A stretch of DNA of 64,000 bases from Gemmatales bacterium. Its GTDB lineage: Bacteria > Planctomycetota > Planctomycetia > Gemmatales > Gemmataceae. The notes below the pieces were generated by a model, which worked only from the letters and a program-made list of their open reading frames with translations, searched no databases and had not been told where the DNA came from. The stretch is taken from contig JBBROG010000006.1 in the NCBI GenBank assembly GCA_038229635.1, forward strand, positions 470 through 64,469, in the 5' to 3' direction. Shown one piece after another: positions 8,720 through 16,662 of this stretch. The position numbers and the translations under genes were made by a program. Positions within the stretch are counted from its first letter, which is position 1; every line of letters starts with the position of its first letter.

Positions 8720-9796
8720 ATGCCGCCCCTGACCGCCGCCCTCACCAAAGACCTGGTGGACTTTCTCACCCCGCACCTGGGGGGCGGCCAGGCCGAAATG
8801 CGCCTCACGCTTGCCCTGGGCGGTTGTGCGGCGCTCGACGGACTCGACTACAAGCAGTCAGGGATACTCCTGGCCTTCAACGTGGTGACGAAACTGGAGA
8901 AGCACGGCGACTACCCGCCCGGCCGGCGGGCGGTCTGCACCCTCCTGGAGTCCCTGGCGGAAGAACTCGTCGGCCGGCGCGACGAGATCCAGAGCCTGCT
9001 CGACCGCCTCGAAGGCGACACGATGCTGGAGGCTCTACTCGGCCTGGATTTCGCCGAGCAGGACCGGGCGTTCGCGGACGCCCTGGCGCGCGACAACGCC
9101 GCCGCCTGCCTGATCTACGGGCCGCACGGCCACGGGCAGCGCTGGCTCGTGAACCGACTGTGCCGCGCCCATGTGCCCCGCGCCGAGCCTCTGGTCTACG
9201 ACTTCAGCCGCCAGGCTCTGCCGCGCGACGTCGGCTCGGTGTGGCGCGACCTCGCCGGGCGCCTCGGCCTGGAGCGGCCGCGCGACGGCTCCGACGCCGC
9301 CCGCGCGCCCGTCGTCGGCAGCCTGTGCAAGCGCCTCGCGACAACTCCGGTGGCTCTCGTCTTCTTCTACGCGGACCTGATCGGCCCGGCGATGGTCCTG
9401 CAACTGCTGACGGCGTTCTGGCGGCCGCTGCGCGACAAGGTGCGTACCTACCTCCCCGCCCGGCGCCAGCCGCTGCTGATGTTCCTGGTCGACCACGGCA
9501 CCTACCGCAAGTACCGGCCGGACTGGTTGCTCCGCGACGACCTGCCGGCCAACGGCCCGCCGCCCGCCGTCGTCGTCCTACCCCCCCTGGTGCCGTTCAC
9601 CGAGTCGGTGCTGCGCGACTGGTTGCGCGACCACGGCGACCGGCTCGACGTCGCCGCCCGGGTCAAGCTCGACGCCCGCGTCGGGGAAATCGTCGTCGAG
9701 GCGGGCGGCGAGCCCGAAGGGGTGCTGGAGTGGGTCTGCGAGGAAAACGAGCCGAATTCCTGGCACGCGAAGGAGAGGGCATGGCTAAGAATTTGA
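8720..9796 (+). CDS. Adaptor-like protein: helical N-terminal domain plus P-loop NTPase-like domain with degenerate Walker A
   Basis: This is the in-frame start inside track ORF 8054..9796 (alternative ATG 8675). It has GPHGHGQRW in place of GxxxxGK[ST] and the Walker-B-like segment VALVFFYAD. It overlaps the MoxR gene by 16 nt. Confidence 0.6.
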   Translation: MPPLTAALTKDLVDFLTPHLGGGQAEMRLTLALGGCAALDGLDYKQSGILLAFNVVTKLEKHGDYPPGRRAVCTLLESLAEELVGRRDEIQSLLDRLEGDTMLEALLGLDFAEQDRAFADALARDNAAACLIYGPHGHGQRWLVNRLCRAHVPRAEPLVYDFSRQALPRDVGSVWRDLAGRLGLERPRDGSDAARAPVVGSLCKRLATTPVALVFFYADLIGPAMVLQLLTAFWRPLRDKVRTYLPARRQPLLMFLVDHGTYRKYRPDWLLRDDLPANGPPPAVVVLPPLVPFTESVLRDWLRDHGDRLDVAARVKLDARVGEIVVEAGGEPEGVLEWVCEENEPNSWHAKERAWLRI

Positions 9797-10680
9797 GCCG
9801 CCCCCGCTACGCGGGGACGGCGCCGCCTCCGCCGGGGCGCCCGCCGTACTTGCCCGACGAGCCGCTGGTCGAGGCGGTCAACCTGGCGCTGTTCCTCGGC
9901 CGGCCGCTGCTGCTCAAGGGCGAGCCCGGCTGCGGCAAGACGCGCCTGGCGCGGGCGGTCGCCGACGAGCTACGCTGGCACTACGTCGAGTGGCGCGTCA
10001 AGTCGACCAGCCGCGCCCGCGACGGCCTGTACGCCTACGACTCCCTCGCCCGCCTGCGCGACGCCCAGCTCGCCGCCGCCGGGGCCGGGGCGACGGCCGA
10101 CGACCCGGAACGCTACGTCCGTCTCGGCAAGCTCGGCGAGGTCTTCGACCACGACGAGGGGCCGTCGGTGCTGCTCATCGATGAAATCGACAAAGCGGAC
10201 ATCGATTTCCCCAATGACCTCCTCCACGAGCTGGAGGACCTGTGGTTCGAGGTCGAGGAGACCGGCCGGCGCGTCGAGGCGAAGCACAAGCCGCTCGTGG
10301 TCGTCACCAGCAACGACGAGAAGGACCTGCCCGACGCCTTCCTGCGCCGCTGCCTGGTCCACGTCATCGAGTTTCCCACGCCCGAGCGGCTCGCGGAGAT
10401 CGTCAACGCCCATTTGGCCCCGCCCAAGTCGGCGGGGCCGCTGCTCCGGAAGGCGGTCGAGCGCTTCAGCAAGTTGCGGAAGCGGATGGAAGCGGAGAAG
10501 GGCGAGGCGGGGAAGAAGGTGAGCACGAGCGAGTTGATCGACTGGTGCCGCGTGCTGAAGGACTTCGGCGACAAGGACGAGGCCCTGAAGGCGCTGGACG
10601 GCCGCCTGCCCTACCCGAGTGTCCTGCTGAAGAGTTGGGAAGACCACCGCCGCTACCTCCGGGAGGCGGAATTGGAGTGA
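9781..10680 (+). CDS. MoxR-family AAA+ ATPase
   Basis: Walker A is GEPGCGKT and Walker B is LLIDEIDKA. NDLLHELE and LRRC are MoxR-like. This is an internal ATG of track ORF 8824..10680. Confidence 0.85.
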   Translation: MAKNLSRPRYAGTAPPPPGRPPYLPDEPLVEAVNLALFLGRPLLLKGEPGCGKTRLARAVADELRWHYVEWRVKSTSRARDGLYAYDSLARLRDAQLAAAGAGATADDPERYVRLGKLGEVFDHDEGPSVLLIDEIDKADIDFPNDLLHELEDLWFEVEETGRRVEAKHKPLVVVTSNDEKDLPDAFLRRCLVHVIEFPTPERLAEIVNAHLAPPKSAGPLLRKAVERFSKLRKRMEAEKGEAGKKVSTSELIDWCRVLKDFGDKDEALKALDGRLPYPSVLLKSWEDHRRYLREAELE

Positions 10681-10684
10681 GCCG

Positions 10685-11758
10685 ATGGCCGCGCCGCCGC
10701 TCTCGGACCTGTTTTATCGCCTGCGCGAGGCCGGGCTGTCGCTCGGCGTGGACGACTACCGCGCCCTGCTCGACGCCCTCGGCGCCGGCTTCGGCCTGCC
10801 CGACCGGGTGGCCCTGGCGAGGCTCTGTACCGCCCTGTGGGTCAAGTCCAGCGAGGACCGGGCCGCCTTCGACTACCATTTCGCGCGGGCGCTGGAATCG
10901 AAGCCGCTCGGCGACGCCGTGCCGCCGACGGCCCGCGAAACGCCAACGCCCCCGGCGCCGACGGCCGACGGCCCGTCGCTGGTGTTGCCGGTGGCGCCGC
11001 CGCCCGAGCCGGCCGCCGGCGCCGGGCGGGGCGAAAGCCTCCAGGCGCTGGCCGCCTTGCCGGCGGCCGCCACGGAGGAGGAGACTCGCCTGGGGCGCTA
11101 TTTGCACGCCGCCGAACACGACCCGATCACCCGGCGGCAGATGAAGCAGGGCTGGCGCCGCCTGCGCCGCACGATGCGCCAGGGGCCGCCGACCGAGCTG
11201 GACGCCGAGGCCACCGCGAGGCGTGCCGCCGCGGACGGCTTCCTGCTGGAGCCGGTCCTGCGCCCGCCGCGCGTCAACCGCGCCGAGCTGGTGCTGCTGC
11301 TCGACCGCGGCGGGTCGATGGTCCCCTTCCATGACCTGGCCAGGACGCTGGCGCGGACCGCCGTGCGCGACGGCCGTCTCGGCTCGGCGGACGTCTACTA
11401 TTTCCACAACTGCCCGGCGGAACACCTCTACCGCGATGCCGCTCTGGCCGACGCGCGGCCGCTGGCGGAGATGCTGGCCGGCGTGCCGCGCGCGCACGCC
11501 TCCGTCCTGATCTTCAGCGACGCCGGCGCGGCCCGCGGCGGCTTCAGCGGACCGCGCGCCGCCCACACGCGCACCTTCCTGGCCCGGATGCGCGGCCACT
11601 TCCGCCGCCTCGCCTGGCTCAACCCGATGCCGGCGGCGCGCTGGCGCGGCACGACGGCCGGCGCCGTCGCCCGCGTGGTGCCGATGTTCCCGCTCGACCG
11701 CGCCGGCTGGCAGGCGGCGGTCGGCGCCCTGCGCGGCCGCCGCGGGAGGGCGTCATGA
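10685..11758 (+). CDS. von Willebrand factor A (vWA) domain protein, CoxE-like
   Basis: It starts 4 nt after the MoxR stop. It has a MIDAS-like segment LVLLLDRGGSM and a C-terminal WLNP motif region. Confidence 0.75.
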   Translation: MAAPPLSDLFYRLREAGLSLGVDDYRALLDALGAGFGLPDRVALARLCTALWVKSSEDRAAFDYHFARALESKPLGDAVPPTARETPTPPAPTADGPSLVLPVAPPPEPAAGAGRGESLQALAALPAAATEEETRLGRYLHAAEHDPITRRQMKQGWRRLRRTMRQGPPTELDAEATARRAAADGFLLEPVLRPPRVNRAELVLLLDRGGSMVPFHDLARTLARTAVRDGRLGSADVYYFHNCPAEHLYRDAALADARPLAEMLAGVPRAHASVLIFSDAGAARGGFSGPRAAHTRTFLARMRGHFRRLAWLNPMPAARWRGTTAGAVARVVPMFPLDRAGWQAAVGALRGRRGRAS

Positions 11759-14175
11759 GCGAACGGGTCGCGCGGAAGCGCCTCGACGCCTTCCGCGGAC
11801 AAACGGGCGACGACGCCGGCCTCGACCTGGCCCGCCACGCGGCGTTCCCGCTGGCCCTCACCCCCGACTTGCTCTACCGCATTTGGGCGCGGTTCCGCTG
11901 CGACGCCGGCGGGCGCGAGTTGCGCGTCCCCTGGGTCGCCGTCGCCGACCTGCTGCTGTCCGGCCTGTGCCGCGAGGTCGGCCGCGAAGTCTTCGAGCTG
12001 GAGCCGGAGGTGCGAACGCTCTTGCTGAGCGAGTTGGAAACCGACCCGCGCTTCGGCCCGCCCCGGGCGCGCGAGCTCGCCGAATTCCTGATCGCGCTCG
12101 CCGCCCCCGACCTCGACAGCCTCGACCCGGACGTCCAGCAACTGGCCCGCGCCCAGCGCCTGATGGCGCTGACGCGGCTGCGCCCGCAGCAGGCCGCCGA
12201 GGAGTTGGCGTCCGCCCTCGCGGGCTTGGGCGGGCAAGAGGCGGGCGAGCAAGGGCGCGTCGCCGCCCTGGTGGAAACCCTGGCGCGGCCTTTGCCGGGC
12301 GCGGCGCTCCTCACTTCCTACGCCCGCGCCGTGGGACACCTGGCCCGCGGCCTGCCGGCGCCGGTCCCGGACGACCTGCGCGAACTAGCCCGGACGAGCG
12401 GCGAAATGGTCATCGGTTCCGTGCGCGTGCCGCTGCCGCGCGAACTCCTCGACGCCGTGCGGCCGGCGCCCCTGACGCCGCCGGCGCCGGTCGTCGGCCA
12501 GGTGGTCATTGCCACGACCGTCCGGTACGCCTTCAACCTCCTATGCCGTTCCCTGGTCGGGGGACGGTCCCTCGGCGCCGATTCCCACCTCGGCTGGCAC
12601 CCCTGCGGCGAGCGCTGCTGGGAAGTGCGCGTGTACCTGGTCGACTCTCCCGAGCCGGACGGGGTCGCGGAACGGGTGCGCCGCATTATCTCAGAAATCA
12701 ATCCTATAAACGTGTTTCTGATCGAGTTTGCCTACACAGCAAGGTCGTCCGACCGCGCGAGAGCGGTGGTCGCGTCGGAAGTGAGGTGCTTCGTCAGTGA
12801 GACGGAGGAGAGCGTGCCGACTCCGAAGTCTTACGCCCCCTCTGTCGAATGGTTGCGCCGGGCGCGCGCGTTGTGGCCGGGAGGAGGCACCGAAAGGTTC
12901 ACGCCCTTGCCGGGGACAAGTGCCGTGATGGGTCCGGTGGTGGCGACCGAGGGCGAAGACAGCCTGCGGCGGGCGCTAGGGCAGGAACACGAGGCGGCGG
13001 CCGTGTCGCCGGACGCCTTCGGCCTTTCGCGGGTTCTCCACGCCTGCCGCTGGACCGAATGGCTGTTCCTCTGCGGCGTCAACAGGGATTCCCGAAGGAA
13101 CGTGGGCTTTGACGAATCTTGGCAAACGGCGACACACGAAGTCTGCGATCTCGCCCTGGCGCTACTGACCGAAGAAGGAGACATCCTCTCCCGATCTAAA
13201 ATCCCGCACAGCATCAGCTGGGGTTTGGCGCGCCTCGGCATTCCGGAGTTGTGGGAGAGAGGGCTCACGGGTCGCGGTGTCGACGTCGGGTTAGTCGACT
13301 CGGGGGTGGACGTCGAACACCCCGCGCTCGGCGGCGCGGTCGGGCGCGCCGTCCGGTTCGACGAACAAGGCCGGCGTGTCGAAATCCTCGCCCCGCGGGG
13401 CGGAGTCGATCACGGGACGATGTCGGCTGGCATCCTCGTCGGCCGGCGGTTCGGCCGGATGATCTGCGGCGTCGCCCCCTATGCAGGGCTCGCCGCCGCC
13501 GACGTGCTCCCGAACGGGTTGCAGGGCACCAACGCTTCAATCGGGGCGGGTTTGGATTGGATTCTCGGCCAATCGGTTCGGGTCGTCTGCGTCCCCCTGG
13601 GGTTCCGCGACCCCGGCCTGAGTGAGAATATTCTCTCTCTTATTGCTTCGCGCGTCAGGGATGCCGGAGTCTTGCTGGTTTGCCCCACCGGGAACGAAGG
13701 GCCTGGGGTCAGCCACGCCCCCGGAAATTCGCCGCACGTCCTGTCCGTCGGCTGGTCCACGCAAGAGGATAAGGTCGCGGACATCTCCTCCAGCCAGCGG
13801 TTCGAGCGCGACGAAAAGCCCCTGGTCCCCGACCTCGTCGCGCCGGGCGTCGATATCCTGTGCCCCAAACCGGGCGGGGAGTTTGACACGATCTCCGGCG
13901 GAAGCCCTGCCGTCGCCCTTGTCGCCGGGCTGGCGGCGCTCCTCTTCCAGGCCAAGCCGACGGCGACGGCGGACGAGGTCGAGGCGGCCATCCTCGGCTC
14001 GTGCGAACGCCCGCCCGGCATGGACCCGGAGCGCGGCAACCACGGTATCCCCTACGGCCCGCGCGCCCTCGACCTCCTGCTCGGGCGGACGCCTTCGCCC
14101 AGCCCCTTCGCCCTGGCCTGGCCGGAGCCGACGAAGTCCAAGAAGCGCTCCGCCAAGAAGAAGGGGAAGAAATAA
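11755..14175 (+). CDS. Large cytoplasmic protein: helical N-terminal region, unknown middle region, C-terminal subtilisin-family (S8) peptidase
   Basis: There is an ATGA overlap with the vWA gene. S8 catalytic motifs are GLVDSGVD (Asp), DHGTMSAG (His), PTGNEG (oxyanion Asn) and SGGSPAVALVAG (Ser). No signal peptide is present. The tail is Lys-rich (KSKKRSAKKKGKK). Confidence 0.8.
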   Translation: MSERVARKRLDAFRGQTGDDAGLDLARHAAFPLALTPDLLYRIWARFRCDAGGRELRVPWVAVADLLLSGLCREVGREVFELEPEVRTLLLSELETDPRFGPPRARELAEFLIALAAPDLDSLDPDVQQLARAQRLMALTRLRPQQAAEELASALAGLGGQEAGEQGRVAALVETLARPLPGAALLTSYARAVGHLARGLPAPVPDDLRELARTSGEMVIGSVRVPLPRELLDAVRPAPLTPPAPVVGQVVIATTVRYAFNLLCRSLVGGRSLGADSHLGWHPCGERCWEVRVYLVDSPEPDGVAERVRRIISEINPINVFLIEFAYTARSSDRARAVVASEVRCFVSETEESVPTPKSYAPSVEWLRRARALWPGGGTERFTPLPGTSAVMGPVVATEGEDSLRRALGQEHEAAAVSPDAFGLSRVLHACRWTEWLFLCGVNRDSRRNVGFDESWQTATHEVCDLALALLTEEGDILSRSKIPHSISWGLARLGIPELWERGLTGRGVDVGLVDSGVDVEHPALGGAVGRAVRFDEQGRRVEILAPRGGVDHGTMSAGILVGRRFGRMICGVAPYAGLAAADVLPNGLQGTNASIGAGLDWILGQSVRVVCVPLGFRDPGLSENILSLIASRVRDAGVLLVCPTGNEGPGVSHAPGNSPHVLSVGWSTQEDKVADISSSQRFERDEKPLVPDLVAPGVDILCPKPGGEFDTISGGSPAVALVAGLAALLFQAKPTATADEVEAAILGSCERPPGMDPERGNHGIPYGPRALDLLLGRTPSPSPFALAWPEPTKSKKRSAKKKGKK

Positions 14176-14181
14176 CCTCTC

Positions 14182-14736
14182 ATGAGTGAACGTCACAAAC
14201 CGACGCCGGCCGAAATCGCCGCGGCGCGCGGCCGGCGCGTCCCCGACATCCTCGCGCCGGGGCTGAAGGTTCTCTTCGTCGGCATCAACCCGAGCCTCTA
14301 CTCGGCGGCGGTCGGCCGCCACTTCGCCCGGCCCGGCAATCGCTTCTGGCCGGCGCTCCACGCCGCCGGCTTCACCGACCGCCTCTTCTCGCCCTTCGAG
14401 GATCGTCTGCTGCTCGAACGCGGCCTCGGCGTCACCAACATCGCCGACCCCGCCACCGCGACCGCCGACGAATTGACCGACGAACAACTCACCGCCGGCG
14501 CCCGCCACCTCGCCCGCAAGGTGAGGCGCTACAAGCCGGCGGCGGCCGCCTTCCTCGGCATCAGCGCCTACCGCGTCGCCTTCGCCAAGAAGGACGTCCG
14601 CGTCGGCCCCCAGCCCGACCGCCTCGGCGGCGCCGCCGTCTGGGTGCTGCCGAACCCGAGCGGGTTGAACGCCCACTACCAACTTGCCGACCTGGCGCGG
14701 CTCTACGGCGCGCTGCGCCGGGCAACGCTCGATTAG
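14182..14736 (+). CDS. mug: G:T/U mismatch-specific DNA glycosylase (Mug/TDG family)
   Basis: Motif LFVGINPSLYSAAVGRHFARPGNRFW matches the Mug GINPG...NRFW signature. It starts 6 nt after the peptidase gene. Confidence 0.8.
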   Translation: MSERHKPTPAEIAAARGRRVPDILAPGLKVLFVGINPSLYSAAVGRHFARPGNRFWPALHAAGFTDRLFSPFEDRLLLERGLGVTNIADPATATADELTDEQLTAGARHLARKVRRYKPAAAAFLGISAYRVAFAKKDVRVGPQPDRLGGAAVWVLPNPSGLNAHYQLADLARLYGALRRATLD

Positions 14737-16421
14737 CGCTCGGGTACGTCCGTCTCCGCCGCTTGCAGGACTTCCTTCGTGCGGTCGTCCTGGACGAAGC
14801 CCACGACCTTCAGCCGGTCCAGCGCGATCGGCCTCCCTTCCTCCGGGACGCGCAAGCCGTCGAGGTATTCGCCCAGCGACTTGCGCACGCCAGCCAGACT
14901 CACGGACGCCTCGCGCACGGCGGTGCCGTTGGGAAGCGACATCCCTTCCACCCCGCCGGGGAAGGCGCGGACGACGTGACTGTGCAGGCGTTGCCCGTTG
15001 CGGCCGGGGTAGCGTACCACGTCCTCGATCAGGGCCAGGCGCAGGCGCACGTGCTCTCCCGGCTTCTCCAGCCCGGACACCTCCGCGCGGACGTCGATCT
15101 TGTCCCCGGCTCGCGTGACGCCGAGCGTCAACTTCGCCGCGGCCGTCGTCGTCAGCGGCCGTTGGATCGCCTCCATCAGGTCGCCGTAAGCCTCCTTGCC
15201 CAACTCCCTCGGCCCGCCCGTCTCGGGGCCGGGCCGGCCGTTGACGTAGAACGAGGGCGATCCGGGACTGCGGTAGAATTTCGAGCGCCAATCGCTCTCT
15301 TCGTTGTTCAGGGCGTCGAGGCCGGCCGTGTTGACGTGGTACTGGAGCAGCACGACGTCCCCGCCGCGCCGACTCTTGAGCAGGGCGTCGAAGGCGATGT
15401 CGGCGGGTGGGCACGGGCCGCAGTGGGCGCTCGTGAACAACTCGACGAGGACGACGCGGTCCCCCTTGTCGCCGCGCCGCCGCACGCTTTCCGTCTCGAA
15501 CGGCACCGCCTCCTTGAGGAATTCGCGGTCCAATTCCTGCTCCAGCCCTTCGAGTCGCGCCGCCGCCTCCCGCGCCTCGTCGGTCCTGTCCGCCTTGCGC
15601 AGGGCGGCCGTCAGCGTCTTCACGACCGGCACCCGCCCGCCGGCCGGCGCCGCGTCCCCGAGCGCTTCCTCGGCCTTGCGGGCGTACTCGACGGCGAGGG
15701 CCGACGGCTTGCCCACCGCGACGAGGATGCGCGCGACCACCAGGAGCGCCTTCGCCTTCATTTCCGGGCCGTGCGCGGCCGCGAAGGCGACCGCCCTGTC
15801 GGCCCGCTCGCGCAGGTTCGCCTCGGACGCCCCCTCGGCGGCGAGGGCCGCGAGCAATTCCAGACCGGCGTAGTAGCCGAGGACGTCGGACGGGTGCTCG
15901 TCGACGATCGGCCGCAGCGCCGCCGCCCGCTCTTTGTCGTCCTGCTTGCGCGTCGCCCTCTTGAAGTCGGCGGCGGCCGGGTGCGACGTCGTCGACTGCT
16001 TGGGGTCGAGCTTCGTTTCGGCGCTGCGCTCGAAGCGGACGAACTGACGCTCCCCCGGACGGTCGCCGTAGCCGAGCATCTCCTTCGGGTGCGCCTCGCC
16101 CTCCGGCGGGTAGACGACGAAGGCCATGCTGCCGTCGTCGGTCGTGGCCGTCAGGCGCAGCGGGCCGCCGTCGTCGCGCGTGGCCGCAGTCTTGGCTCCT
16201 TCAAAGACCTTTTGTCCGGCCGACACGAAGCTCGCCTTCGTGCCGGTCGTCTTCTGGACGACCTCCACGAGGAACAGCGCCGTCTCCTCGCCGGGGTGGA
16301 GGAGGACGACCTTCCAGGTGCCGTTCTGCGGCGCGTCGACGACGCTGCCGCCGCAGCCGGGCAGGGCGAGCAGCGCCGCGCCGGCGAGGGCGGCGGACAG
16401 GAAGACCAGAAATATTCGCAT
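14733..16421 (-). CDS. Lipoprotein with thioredoxin-like CGPC motif
   Basis: Internal ATG at 16421 gives MRIFLVFLSAALAGAALLALPGC. Motif FTSAHCGPCPPAD is present. The upstream part of track ORF 14733..16718 is repeat-derived. Confidence 0.7.
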   Translation of the reverse strand: MRIFLVFLSAALAGAALLALPGCGGSVVDAPQNGTWKVVLLHPGEETALFLVEVVQKTTGTKASFVSAGQKVFEGAKTAATRDDGGPLRLTATTDDGSMAFVVYPPEGEAHPKEMLGYGDRPGERQFVRFERSAETKLDPKQSTTSHPAAADFKRATRKQDDKERAAALRPIVDEHPSDVLGYYAGLELLAALAAEGASEANLRERADRAVAFAAAHGPEMKAKALLVVARILVAVGKPSALAVEYARKAEEALGDAAPAGGRVPVVKTLTAALRKADRTDEAREAAARLEGLEQELDREFLKEAVPFETESVRRRGDKGDRVVLVELFTSAHCGPCPPADIAFDALLKSRRGGDVVLLQYHVNTAGLDALNNEESDWRSKFYRSPGSPSFYVNGRPGPETGGPRELGKEAYGDLMEAIQRPLTTTAAAKLTLGVTRAGDKIDVRAEVSGLEKPGEHVRLRLALIEDVVRYPGRNGQRLHSHVVRAFPGGVEGMSLPNGTAVREASVSLAGVRKSLGEYLDGLRVPEEGRPIALDRLKVVGFVQDDRTKEVLQAAETDVPER

Positions 16422-16463
16422 AAGGATACTCCGAAAGTCCGTGAGTGCGCGCCGCCCGTCGTG

Positions 16464-16592
16464 GCGTTCCGGGGGTGCGCTGCGCGACCCCCGGCTTTGG
16501 GATACAACCCCTTCGGGGTAGGGCCGGGGGCCTTTTACCCCGCAGGGGTTACATCGCACAGCCGGGGGTCGCGTACTCGCGCACCCCCGGAA
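16464..16592. repeat. About 128-bp palindromic REP/MITE-like element, copy A
   Basis: Near-identical to 45774..45902. Terminal inverted repeats are ccgggggtgcgc..cgcgacccccggct / agccgggggtcgcg..cgcgcacccccgg. Internal mini-hairpins are ccccttcgggg and ccccgcagggg. Confidence 0.8.
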
Positions 16593-16662
16593 CGCGCCAC
16601 GCGCACCCCAGGAACGACGACGTCCAACCCCGGATACCAGACACGACCAACGGGCGCATGTA

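Noticed and set aside
12650-12730. AT-rich patch with a short inverted repeat (tcagaaa...tttctga) inside the peptidase gene, considered as an insertion scar or internal promoter.
   Set aside because: The reading frame is uninterrupted and the repeat is only 7 bp. It is more likely a compositional feature of a domain linker.
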